64,000 nt of DNA from Oscillospiraceae bacterium. GTDB taxonomy: Bacteria > Bacillota_I > Bacilli_A > RF39 > UBA660. Of the stretch, positions 46,623 through 55,575 are shown one piece after another. Location: positions 2,576 to 66,575 of the forward strand of contig CAVGWA010000004.1 of NCBI GenBank assembly GCA_963632935.1, written 5' to 3'. The position numbers were made by a program, and so were the translations under genes. Every line of letters begins with the position of its first letter. Position 1 is the first letter of the stretch. The notes under the pieces were generated by a model. The model saw nothing but the letters and a program-made list of their open reading frames with translations, was not told the DNA's origin and searched no databases.

Positions 46623-47391
46623 ATTTATATAAATTAATAATAGTATTTACATCCACATGCATAAGTAATAATATTACACCACCAAGTGCTAGAAAAGGTC
46701 CAAATGGAATAACATGATCATTTTTCTTATATAAAATTAAAAGTGCGATTGGAAGGCCGAATAAAGAACCTACAAATATAGATAAAATGGCAATAGGATA
46801 AGATAAAACCATTCCAAATAAAAACATTAATTTTATATCGCCACCACCCATAGATTCTTTTTTAAAAATAAAATCACCAAATTTTTTTATTAAAAACATA
46901 GTAATAAAAGATAATAAGCCATCTAAAATAGCACTAATTCCAGCATTAAATCCATTTATACAAACTATTTCAATTAATAAAATAATTGCAAAAAAGATTA
47001 AAACCTCATCAGAAATTATTAAATAATGATAATCACTTACAACAATAATTATTATCATTGAAATAAAAGTTAATACAATAATAATTTTTAAATCTAATCC
47101 AAACGAAATATAAGAAAGTACAAAAAGCACACCAGTTAATCCTTCAAATATTGGATAAAATAAAGATATTTTTTCTTTACAATTTTTACATCTACCTTTT
47201 TGCAAAATATAAGATAAAATTGGAATTAATTCTAAAAATGATAATTTGTGATTACAATTTGGACAATGAGAAGATGGATATACAATAGATTCACCTTTAG
47301 GTAATCTATATCCTACAACATTGTAAAAGGAACCAAGAATAGCTCCTAAAATGAATAAACTTATACAAATGACTAGCGTCATATAATTCAC
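46621..47391 (-). CDS. pilD: Prepilin peptidase (A24 family, PilD/ComC)
   Basis: N-terminal Cys pairs CPNCNHKL...CKNCKEK. Aspartyl-protease region ...GGGDIKLM... 8-TM layout. Confidence 0.85.
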   Translation of the reverse strand: MNYMTLVICISLFILGAILGSFYNVVGYRLPKGESIVYPSSHCPNCNHKLSFLELIPILSYILQKGRCKNCKEKISLFYPIFEGLTGVLFVLSYISFGLDLKIIIVLTFISMIIIIVVSDYHYLIISDEVLIFFAIILLIEIVCINGFNAGISAILDGLLSFITMFLIKKFGDFIFKKESMGGGDIKLMFLFGMVLSYPIAILSIFVGSLFGLPIALLILYKKNDHVIPFGPFLALGGVILLLMHVDVNTIINLYK

Positions 47392-47396
47392 CTACT

Positions 47397-49130
47397 TTAA
47401 GCTTGAATTTGACCATACATTGAGAACATAGGTACAACAATTGACAAAACAATGACACCAACCATGACAGTTAATAAAATTATTAAAGTTGGTTCAACAA
47501 AGGTTTTAATTCTTGTAACAGAATTTCTATGCAAATCTTGATAGTACACCGATACTTTTTGCATCATTTCAGGTAATTGACCAGTTTTTTCACCAGTAAC
47601 AATCATTTCATAAGCTGGAATTGGAAAACACCATCTATCCTTAAAAGCTTCAGAAATTGGCCTACCTTTAGCAATATTATTAATAGCTTCATAAATCATT
47701 GATTTATATATTTCATTATTTGTTACTTTATCTAATATTTCCATACTATCGGTAATAAATACATTATGTGATAGTAAGGAAGCAAATGTCTTAGTAAACG
47801 TCGTTACTTCATTATAAATCATTACATCGCCAAATACAGGTAAGTGCATAAGTAACCATTGTATAGCCGTTTTGAACGTTTTAACATTTTTATATAAATA
47901 AATAAACAATATTAAAATTATAACTATAGATATAGCAATATAAACAATATATTTTTGTAAAAATTGACTTAACCCAAGTACAGCTAAAGTAATACCTGGT
48001 ATTTTAGCATTATCCATTGAATTATATATTTCAACAAACTTAGGTACAACATAAAGCATAATAAACGTTCCAACACCTATAGCAATAACAAAAATAATTG
48101 TTGGATACATCATCGCAGTAATCATTGCTTTTCTTGTTTCCTCTATTTCAGAAAAATATTCTTCCATATCATCTAATGTTTCAGGAAGTTCACCAGTCAT
48201 TTCAGCTGTTTTTACCATATTAATCAAAATACTCGGAAAAGCATTGCCTTGCTTTTCTAAAGCTTCACTAAAACTTCTACCAGTAGATAAATCATAATTT
48301 AAAGTTTTTAAAATACGTTTATACTTTTTATTTTTAAATTGCTTTATCATAATTTTTACTGCTTGAGATAATGGAATACCAACTTTCAAATAAGTAGAAA
48401 CTTGAGCTAAAAAGAAAATCAAATCGCCGGTTTTAAACTTATCATTAGAACCTCCACGACTTCCATACATTGTATTTATCCACTTATTTGTTCTAATACT
48501 ATAAACTATATTACCTTGACTTTTTAAAAACGAATGAACTTCAACCTTAGAAAAAGCAGCAAAATAAGCTTTTTCAATCTTACCCTCTGGAGTTCTTATG
48601 ACATATTCATAAGTTTGCTTTTCACTACTTTTTTCAGCATCAGGTCCATCAAAATTAATAGACAATTCTTCAGCATTCTGATATTTATCTTTTTTACCAC
48701 CAATTTGAAAATTTAACAATTTTTTTAAACCACTAGAAGAAGAAAAATATTTATCATTAGAAACATCATTTTTTTCATCATCCGTTTTTTTCTCCAATAA
48801 TGAACTATCAGCAATATAATCTCCTAATCTTTTTTGAGACAATTTTTCATCTTTTTCGTTCAATTTTTTTCTTCGTTTTTCCTCTTGTTCAATTCTTTTA
48901 GATTGTTCTTTTTTATATTCAGCCAATAATATATCTGTCTTTTTAGAAGAACCTTGAGTCTTCTTTACTTCAGAAACAGTCTTTTTTTCTTTTTTTTCAA
49001 ATAACCTAATAATCATCATCGGAAATGCAATTATACCTAAAAAAACATATTTTATAAAGCTTATTAATACATTAAAAATTGTTACAATGCCATGATAAAT
49101 ATAAATACATGGTGAAAAAAATATTTTCAT
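47397..49130 (-). CDS. GspF/PilC-family type IV pilus / competence pseudopilus platform protein with ~170 aa N-terminal extension
   Basis: Two T2SSF repeats (...LSTGRSFSEALEK...; ...NNIAKGRPISEAFKD...). Preceded by an extra TM hairpin and a K/E-rich linker. Confidence 0.8.
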   Translation of the reverse strand: MKIFFSPCIYIYHGIVTIFNVLISFIKYVFLGIIAFPMMIIRLFEKKEKKTVSEVKKTQGSSKKTDILLAEYKKEQSKRIEQEEKRRKKLNEKDEKLSQKRLGDYIADSSLLEKKTDDEKNDVSNDKYFSSSSGLKKLLNFQIGGKKDKYQNAEELSINFDGPDAEKSSEKQTYEYVIRTPEGKIEKAYFAAFSKVEVHSFLKSQGNIVYSIRTNKWINTMYGSRGGSNDKFKTGDLIFFLAQVSTYLKVGIPLSQAVKIMIKQFKNKKYKRILKTLNYDLSTGRSFSEALEKQGNAFPSILINMVKTAEMTGELPETLDDMEEYFSEIEETRKAMITAMMYPTIIFVIAIGVGTFIMLYVVPKFVEIYNSMDNAKIPGITLAVLGLSQFLQKYIVYIAISIVIILILFIYLYKNVKTFKTAIQWLLMHLPVFGDVMIYNEVTTFTKTFASLLSHNVFITDSMEILDKVTNNEIYKSMIYEAINNIAKGRPISEAFKDRWCFPIPAYEMIVTGEKTGQLPEMMQKVSVYYQDLHRNSVTRIKTFVEPTLIILLTVMVGVIVLSIVVPMFSMYGQIQA

Positions 49131-49237
49131 TTGACACCTTCCTATTCTTTTAAACTAGAACAATTATAACATATTATTCCTTAAAATTAAACTTTTTTTC
49201 AAATAATTCATATAATATTTTAAAGGAGGCTTTAAAC

Positions 49238-49573
49238 ATGAATTATTATAATCCATATTACTATATGATGCCAACTAGTAATAGTGGCTTACTTGGAAAT
49301 ATTTTAAAAGGTATTAATTGGAATAATATCTTAAACGGTGCACAAAGAACTTTAAATTTAGTTAATCAAACTATTCCCCTTGTTAAACAAGCATCACCCA
49401 TGGTTAAAAATGCTAAAACTATGTTTAAAGTAATGAACGAATTTAAAAAAATAGATACATCAAAAGTTGATAATAAAACAGTAGAAACACATAACAAAGC
49501 AATGGAAACAAGTACTAAAGAAAAAGAAACCATTAAAATTAATAATTCCAATGGTCCTACATTCTTTATATAA
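49238..49573 (+). CDS. YqfQ-like protein
   Basis: ...LLGNILKGINWNNILNGAQRTLNLVNQTIPLVKQASPMVKNAKTMFKVMNEFKK resembles the YqfQ family core. RBS AAAGGAGG. Confidence 0.45.
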   Translation: MNYYNPYYYMMPTSNSGLLGNILKGINWNNILNGAQRTLNLVNQTIPLVKQASPMVKNAKTMFKVMNEFKKIDTSKVDNKTVETHNKAMETSTKEKETIKINNSNGPTFFI

Positions 49574-49582
49574 AAGAATTTC

Positions 49583-49846
49583 TCATAATTGTTTTAACAA
49601 TTGTTTTTCTCTTATTTTCATTTTTTTTGTTTCAGCTAGCTTTTTAGAAAATGCTGTCGCTGCAACTGTACTTCCCAAAAAACCAATAACAAAAGTTTTA
49701 GAATTCGATGTAACAAAACCATGAACAAGTGCTACTACACCTGCACAAATAAAAACTTTTGCAATTTCTTTTTTTGCTTCACTATTTTCAATTTCTTCTT
49801 CTACCATAAATATTTTATTTCTAATCAATGCTTTTTCACTATACAT
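49583..49846 (-). CDS. Hypothetical 87-aa protein with central hydrophobic hairpin
   Basis: ORF only. Overlaps the trmK stop by 8 nt (ATGTATAG). Confidence 0.3.
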   Translation of the reverse strand: MYSEKALIRNKIFMVEEEIENSEAKKEIAKVFICAGVVALVHGFVTSNSKTFVIGFLGSTVAATAFSKKLAETKKMKIREKQLLKQL

Positions 49847-50300
49847 TTTTCATACCTCCATATTTTGCATATATAATATTATAAGTTTTTCCATCACTAA
49901 TTATAAGTTCTTTTTCAATGTTGTAATTTTTACTTTTTAAAAAATTTTTTAACATTAAAATATTAGTATGACTTGATAAAATTAAATCATTTTTAATATT
50001 TTTATCTAATATTTTTATTATATTTTTTGTTCCCATACCGCTAATAATAATTATTTCATCATTTAAATTAATATTTTTTAAGCCATCATTTTGAATAGCT
50101 GTAATATTAGCATTATATATTTCCGCATTTTTACGTGCCGTTTGTGTGCAGCAGTAAGATTTATCAATAGCTAAACATGTACAGTTTTTATATAAATTTA
50201 AATATATATCTAAATATGCATGATCACTACCAACATCGATAATATTACTACCAGGTTGCACTAAATCACTAATGGCTTTCAGTCTTTTTGATAATTTCAT
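49839..50300 (-). CDS. trmK: tRNA (adenine22-N1)-methyltransferase TrmK, short form (catalytic domain only)
   Basis: MKLSKRLKAISDLVQPGSNIIDVGSDHAYLDIYL...; conserved position downstream of sigA. Confidence 0.8.
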   Translation of the reverse strand: MKLSKRLKAISDLVQPGSNIIDVGSDHAYLDIYLNLYKNCTCLAIDKSYCCTQTARKNAEIYNANITAIQNDGLKNINLNDEIIIISGMGTKNIIKILDKNIKNDLILSSHTNILMLKNFLKSKNYNIEKELIISDGKTYNIIYAKYGGMKNV

Positions 50301-51371
50301 TTAGTCACCTAGATAATCTTTTAATTTTCTACTTCTAGATGGATGTCTTAATTTTCTTAAAGCTTTTGCTTCTATTTGTCTTATACGTTCACGCGTAACA
50401 CCAAATAATTGACCTACTTCTTCTAAAGTTCTAGGGCGGCCATCTTCAAGGCCAAATCTTAAACGTATTACTTTTTCTTCTCTTTCTGTTAAAGTAAGTA
50501 ACACTTCAGATATTTCATCTTTTAATAATTCATTAATTGCAAAATCTTCTGGGCTCATATTAGTTTCATCTGGAATAAAATCGCCTAAATGTGAATCATC
50601 TTCTTCGCCAATTGGAATTTCTAAACTAACAGGTTCTTGAGATATTTTATATATATCTCTAATTTTTTCTACAGTTGTTCCCATTTTTTTAGAAAGTTCT
50701 TCCTCTGTTGGTTCCCTATTTAATTCCAATGTTAATTGTCTTTCAACGCGAGCTAATTTATTAATGGTTTCAACCATGTGAACAGGAACACGAATTGTTC
50801 TTGCTTGATCTGCTATAGCTCTTGTTATTGCTTGCCTAATCCACCAAGTTGCATATGTTGAAAATTTATATCCTTTTGTTACATCAAATTTTTCAACAGC
50901 TTTCATTAAACCAATATTACCTTCTTGAATTAAATCTAAAAATAACATTCCACGGCCAACATATCTTTTAGCAATAGATACAACTAATCTTAAGTTAGCT
51001 TCAGCAAGTGTTGCTTTAGCTTGTTCATCACCTTCAGCTATTCTATCTGCAAGTTCTAATTCTTCTTCTGTTGTTAATAATTTAATTTGTCCTATTTCTT
51101 TTAAATACATTCTAACAGGATCATTGATAGTTAAATCTTTTGTTAAAAGCTCTGTAGAAGTCGACGTAGTATCATCATCTTCCTCATTTTCAGATACAAC
51201 ATTAATGTTATTTTCACTTAAAGCATTATATAATTCATCTAATGAATCAGCATCTAAATCTAAATTTTTTAATTTTTCTGCTAATTCTTCATAAGTAATA
51301 CTTCCTTTTTTCTTTCCTAATTCTATTAATTCTTTCTTTCTTTCTTCAAAAGTTTTTATTTCTCCAAACAT
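50301..51371 (-). CDS. sigA: Primary RNA polymerase sigma factor SigA/RpoD
   Basis: Regions 1.2-4.2 recognisable: [68 protein letters not shown]. Confidence 0.97.
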   Translation of the reverse strand: MFGEIKTFEERKKELIELGKKKGSITYEELAEKLKNLDLDADSLDELYNALSENNINVVSENEEDDDTTSTSTELLTKDLTINDPVRMYLKEIGQIKLLTTEEELELADRIAEGDEQAKATLAEANLRLVVSIAKRYVGRGMLFLDLIQEGNIGLMKAVEKFDVTKGYKFSTYATWWIRQAITRAIADQARTIRVPVHMVETINKLARVERQLTLELNREPTEEELSKKMGTTVEKIRDIYKISQEPVSLEIPIGEEDDSHLGDFIPDETNMSPEDFAINELLKDEISEVLLTLTEREEKVIRLRFGLEDGRPRTLEEVGQLFGVTRERIRQIEAKALRKLRHPSRSRKLKDYLGD

Positions 51372-51374
51372 TTT

Positions 51375-53090
51375 CTACACTCCTTTTTTTAAATTAACTA
51401 TTTTTTCAGCTACCTCAGCTTGTTTTATTGGATCAGTTAATTCATTCATTCTACCCGTTAATCTTTTTATTTCTTCCCTAATATTATAATCTTGTATAAC
51501 ATTAATATAATCTTCAATTTCTTCTAATTTATAAGTTTCTTTGTGATTAGTTTTATTAATTTTATTGATTGTTTCCATAATATCTGAATCACATTCAACA
51601 TAATCAATAAAATCAGCTTCATTTATAAATCCAAAATTCTTATAAAAAGCACTTATTTCCCGAGCAATCATACGATATTCCTTAGTTGGAACATAAGTGA
51701 CTTTTTTATTATACATCTTAATTACTTCTTCACTTTTAAGCATAAAATAAACAAGTGAACTTTCAGCCTGTTCATATTTATCTATATTAGTTAATGATTT
51801 AACTTCTTCTTTTATAATTTTAGGCTTATCTATTAAATGCCTTTTAATTAAATCTTCTTCAATATTCATTTCTAAAGCAACTTTTTTAATAGTTAAATCT
51901 TTCAGAATATCATCATCAATTTTGTCTAACTCTTCAATTACTTCTTTAATATATTTAGCTTGATCAACACTGCTTGTTAAATTTTTACCCGTTTTAAGAT
52001 ATGATATTTTAAAATCCATGACATTTATAGGATTATCTATTTTTCTTTGAAAAGCTTCTTTACCATATTTTTTTATATATTCATCAGGATCTAAATTTTC
52101 TTCTAGTCTAATTACTTTAGGCGTAACTCCTATTTTTAAAAGCTCATTCGCACAAGACATAGTTGCTTTTGCTCCTGCTTCATCGCCGTCAAAACAAAGT
52201 ATGATATCTTTAGCCATTTTTTTAATTAAATGAGCTTGATATGTAGTAACAGCAGTTCCCATGGTTGCGACAACATTTTTTATATCAACCGTATATGCTC
52301 TTATTACATCCATAAAGCCTTCCATAATTATAACTTGGTTTTTTCTTCGAGCTATATCCTTAGCTTTATGATAATTATATAGAAGTTCACCTTTTTTAAA
52401 TATTTCAGTTTCCCTTGTATTAAAATATTTCGCACTATCTTCTCTATTATAAATTCTACCACTATATGCGACGGGATTGCCTACTAAATCATAAAGTGGA
52501 AACATAATTCTATCATAAAATAAATCATAATAACTATTTTCTTTTTTACCAATAAGTCCACTATTTAAAATATCATTTTCAGCAAATTTTTTATCTAAAA
52601 TATTTGATAAAGTATTTTTTTTTAAAGCAAGGCCAATTTGAAATTCCTTAATTACATCTTCATTAATATCACGGCCTAAAAGATATTCTTTTGCCTGTTT
52701 TCCTAAAGAAGTATTTAAATTATTAATATATATTTTTAAACTCAAATCATATATATCATTCAATGGACTTTTTATTTGCTTTTTAGATTTTTGATTAATA
52801 TCTACTTTAATACCACCTATATCGGCAATTTTTTTAACAGCTTCAATAAATGAAACATTTTCATAATCCATAATGAATTTAAATACATTTCCAGTCGCAC
52901 CACAAGAGAAACATTTATATATTTGTTTTGAAATGCTAACACTCATACTAGGATTTGTATCATCATGGAAAGGACAAACACCAAAATAATTTTTACCTTT
53001 CGGGGTTAAAGAAATGTATGAAGAAATTACATCAACTATATTAACACTATTTCTGATTTCATTTATTTTTTCTGGACTAAGTGAATTCAT
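51375..53090 (-). CDS. dnaG: DNA primase DnaG
   Basis: Zn-ribbon CPFHDDTNPSMSVS..YKCFSCGATGN. TOPRIM EGFMDV...DGDEAG. RBS GGAGGGG before ATG 53090. Confidence 0.95.
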   Translation of the reverse strand: MNSLSPEKINEIRNSVNIVDVISSYISLTPKGKNYFGVCPFHDDTNPSMSVSISKQIYKCFSCGATGNVFKFIMDYENVSFIEAVKKIADIGGIKVDINQKSKKQIKSPLNDIYDLSLKIYINNLNTSLGKQAKEYLLGRDINEDVIKEFQIGLALKKNTLSNILDKKFAENDILNSGLIGKKENSYYDLFYDRIMFPLYDLVGNPVAYSGRIYNREDSAKYFNTRETEIFKKGELLYNYHKAKDIARRKNQVIIMEGFMDVIRAYTVDIKNVVATMGTAVTTYQAHLIKKMAKDIILCFDGDEAGAKATMSCANELLKIGVTPKVIRLEENLDPDEYIKKYGKEAFQRKIDNPINVMDFKISYLKTGKNLTSSVDQAKYIKEVIEELDKIDDDILKDLTIKKVALEMNIEEDLIKRHLIDKPKIIKEEVKSLTNIDKYEQAESSLVYFMLKSEEVIKMYNKKVTYVPTKEYRMIAREISAFYKNFGFINEADFIDYVECDSDIMETINKINKTNHKETYKLEEIEDYINVIQDYNIREEIKRLTGRMNELTDPIKQAEVAEKIVNLKKGV

Positions 53091-53204
53091 ACAATAATAC
53101 CCCTCCATATATTAATATACGTTTTTTTTTGCCGATTTCCTTTTTTTTTTGAAAAAAAATTACATTTTTTATCATTTTTTTACTGGTTTTGTCATTTTTG
53201 CTTT

Positions 53205-53513
53205 TTAAAAAAATAAATTCATTATTTTTTTATAATAATTTTTGTCACTTTTGATAGTTAAATAAGCTTGCCTTTCAGTACATAAATTATAAATTAAATC
53301 TCCAGGAATATAAAAATTATATTTATCATTTTTATTTAATCCTATTTTATTTTTAGTAATTACTTCTTCAATATATGGTTCTGATGCATCACCTATTTTA
53401 ATAACAATATTATTTGTTTTAAATAATCTAACAATTTTAAACAAATAAAGTTTGGAGGCTTTCCTTTTTGTTTCAATCATTTCAATTGGTATAGTTGCAT
53501 ATTGTGTCTTCAT
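53205..53513 (-). CDS. Hypothetical 102-aa protein
   Basis: RBS GGAGG and near-consensus promoter upstream. No family recognised. Confidence 0.4.
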   Translation of the reverse strand: MKTQYATIPIEMIETKRKASKLYLFKIVRLFKTNNIVIKIGDASEPYIEEVITKNKIGLNKNDKYNFYIPGDLIYNLCTERQAYLTIKSDKNYYKKIMNLFF

Positions 53514-53539
53514 ATAGTTACCTCCGCCATTGCCAACTT

Positions 53540-53567
53540 ATTATATCTTGGATTTAATTTTTGTCAA
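53540..53567 (-). promoter_or_regulatory. Near-consensus sigma-A promoter of the 102-aa gene
   Basis: Minus strand TTGACA (53562-53567), 16-nt spacer, TATAAT (53540-53545). The -35 abuts the left 28-bp repeat of the IS. Confidence 0.55.
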
Positions 53568-53594
53568 TTAATTTTTAAATATTTTTTAAAGTTA
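53567..53594. repeat. 28-bp direct repeat, left copy (target-site duplication)
   Basis: ATTAATTTTTAAATATTTTTTAAAGTTA, identical to 55295-55322. Confidence 0.85.
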
Positions 53595-53678
53595 TATGAT
53601 TAACTTGTGATAATGTCTTAAGTGTTATCTTTCGAAAATGTCCTACGAAATGATATAATAGTCCACCGAGGTGGAAAT

Positions 53679-55082
53679 ATGAGAAAGGTTGAATTAAGAA
53701 TGAAAGAAAAAGAAAAATATAACGTTATTAAAGAATTAGTTGATCATAATGGAAACAAAAGCCGAGCTGCTTTAAAACTCGGTATATCTAAAAGACAAAT
53801 CAATCGTCTTATTAACAAATATAAGGAGAAAGGTAAAGCTGGCTTTGTTCACGGAAATAGAACTCGTAAGCCATCTAATGCTTTAGATAACACAATCTCC
53901 GAAGATATTATAACACTTTATAAGACAAAATACTATGATTTTAATTTTAATCATTTTAAGGATTTTTTGAAAAAGGATGAAATGATTGATGTTTCTTACA
54001 ATTTTATTTATAAAACTTTAACTAAAGTAGGTATTTTATCCCCTAAAGCTAGAAGGAAGACTAAACGCAAATACGCCAAAGAAAAACTACTTAAGGAAAA
54101 GAAGATTAATATGGCTATGTCTGATGAACAGATTGAATCTATTATAAGTCACGAAGTAGCTTTAGAGGACTCTCATCCTAGAGGTGAAAAGCCTAAATAC
54201 TTTGGTGAAATTATTGAACAAGATGGTTCTATACATATGTGGTTTGGAGAAATTAAAACTTGTTTACATTTAGCCATTGATAAGGCTACTTCTATTATCG
54301 TTGGTGCTTATTTCGATAAACAAGAAACATTAAATGGTTATTATCATGTATTTTATCAAATATTAACTAATTATGGTATTCCATATAAGTTCCTTACAGA
54401 TAACAGAACAGTATTTAATTATATGTCTTTAAATCCTAATAAAAGGACTAGCGACAAAGATGTTTTAACTCAATATGGGTATGCTTGTAAACAGCTTGGC
54501 GTAGATTTAGAAACAACCTCTGTATCACAAGCTAAAGGTCTTATAGAAAGAACTAACGGTACTTTTCAAGGTTGTTTAGTTCAGGAACTTAGACTACATA
54601 ATATTACTACCATTGAAGATGCGAATGATTATTTAATTAATGTTTTTGTACCATATTTTAATGAAAAGTTCGCTTTAGATTATAAAAAGTTTCAATCAGT
54701 ATTTGAAACTTCTCCTAGTGAAGAAAAAATCAATTATACTCTTGCAGTTTTAACTCCTAGAAAGATTGATAATGGTAATTCTATTAAATACAATAATACT
54801 TATTACCAACCTTATTTAGATGATGAATTAAAGTGTTTTAAGCCTAAAACTGAATGTTTAGTTATCAAAGCTTTTAATGGAAATTTATTAGTAACCATTG
54901 ATGAAAAAGTATATAATCTTAAAAAGCTTTTGAGAAATGAAAAGTATTCTAAACAATTTGATATTATTCCAGAAAAAACTGAAAAGAAAAAAACATTTAA
55001 CCCTAAAATGAATTTGAATTGGAATGTTGGTGAATTTAAATATCAAATTAAAAGAGCTCATAAAGAGCAACAATTCGCTTAA
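53679..55082 (+). CDS. ISNCY-family (IS1202-group) DDE transposase
   Basis: MRKVELRMKEKEKYNVIKELVDHNGNKSRAALKLGISKRQINRLINKYKEKGKAGFVHGNRTRKP is the typical HTH N-terminus. rve-like core ...IEQDGSIH..., ...FLTDNRTVF..., ...QAKGLIERTNG... RBS GAGGTGG. Confidence 0.85.
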   Translation: MRKVELRMKEKEKYNVIKELVDHNGNKSRAALKLGISKRQINRLINKYKEKGKAGFVHGNRTRKPSNALDNTISEDIITLYKTKYYDFNFNHFKDFLKKDEMIDVSYNFIYKTLTKVGILSPKARRKTKRKYAKEKLLKEKKINMAMSDEQIESIISHEVALEDSHPRGEKPKYFGEIIEQDGSIHMWFGEIKTCLHLAIDKATSIIVGAYFDKQETLNGYYHVFYQILTNYGIPYKFLTDNRTVFNYMSLNPNKRTSDKDVLTQYGYACKQLGVDLETTSVSQAKGLIERTNGTFQGCLVQELRLHNITTIEDANDYLINVFVPYFNEKFALDYKKFQSVFETSPSEEKINYTLAVLTPRKIDNGNSIKYNNTYYQPYLDDELKCFKPKTECLVIKAFNGNLLVTIDEKVYNLKKLLRNEKYSKQFDIIPEKTEKKKTFNPKMNLNWNVGEFKYQIKRAHKEQQFA

Positions 55083-55097
55083 GAAAGGAGTATTTAT

Positions 55098-55262
55098 ATG
55101 TCTGACAGTATTAATGAAATTAAACTCAATAATGATGATACTTATTTAATCGTTAAACAAATTATTAAACTTTTATATCTCGTCATTGAAGATAACAAAC
55201 GTATACAATCTGAATTAATTTTATTGATTGAAAATTATCCTGATTTTTCCGTTAATGTTTAA
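55098..55262 (+). CDS. 54-aa ORF inside the IS (possible accessory protein)
   Basis: MSDSINEIKLNNDDTYLIVKQIIKLLYLVIEDNKRIQSELILLIENYPDFSVNV. RBS AAAGGAG 7 nt upstream. Ends 10 nt before the right IR. Confidence 0.4.
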   Translation: MSDSINEIKLNNDDTYLIVKQIIKLLYLVIEDNKRIQSELILLIENYPDFSVNV

Positions 55263-55294
55263 TTTTTTTCGGGACATTTTCCAAAGTTATTGAC

Positions 55295-55322
55295 ATTAAT
55301 TTTTAAATATTTTTTAAAGTTA
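55295..55322. repeat. 28-bp direct repeat, right copy (target-site duplication)
   Basis: Identical to 53567-53594. Confidence 0.85.
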
Positions 55323-55336
55323 ATTTATATGTATAT

Positions 55337-55360
55337 TTAAAAAGCCTAGTAAAACTAGGC
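55337..55360 (-). terminator. Rho-independent terminator (distal of a tandem pair)
   Basis: Minus strand GCCTAGT TTT ACTAGGC followed by TTTTT. Confidence 0.7.
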
Positions 55361-55366
55361 AATCTA

Positions 55367-55389
55367 TATAAAACGCTAACGCATTAGCG
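55367..55389 (-). terminator. Rho-independent terminator (proximal of a tandem pair)
   Basis: Minus strand CGCTAA TGCG TTAGCG followed by TTTTATAT. Confidence 0.55.
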
Positions 55390-55575
55390 GACAGGTGAAG
55401 CTTCTTTAATTTTGTGGGGGTGCATCAATAATAGTATATCCGTTTAAATAAAATTATATGCATTTTTTTGAAAAACGTTTTTCAATAATAATATATTCTT
55501 ATTTATTTTATTAGTATATTAAATAAAACTATATTTAGTAAATTTAGTTACAATTAATATAAATACATTTATTTT

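Larger units (their letters stand above)
53595..55294 (+). mobile_element. ISNCY-family, IS1202-group insertion sequence (~1.7 kb)
   Basis: Terminal IRs TGATTAACTTGTGATAATGTC (53597-53617) vs reverse complement of 55273-55293 (TCAATAACTTTGGAAAATGTC), 16/21. Flanked by a perfect 28-bp direct repeat, the unusually long TSD known for IS1202-type elements. Confidence 0.75.

Noticed and set aside
53567-55322. Two identical 28-bp repeats about 1.7 kb apart, considered as a possible degenerate CRISPR or an att-site pair.
   Set aside because: There are only two copies. They directly abut inverted repeats and enclose a transposase, so a target-site duplication of an IS1202-type element explains them fully.
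55290-55322. An outward-facing TTGACA (55290-55295) at the right end of the IS, considered as a hybrid promoter.
   Set aside because: No acceptable -10 follows at 16-18 nt, and no plus-strand gene lies downstream.
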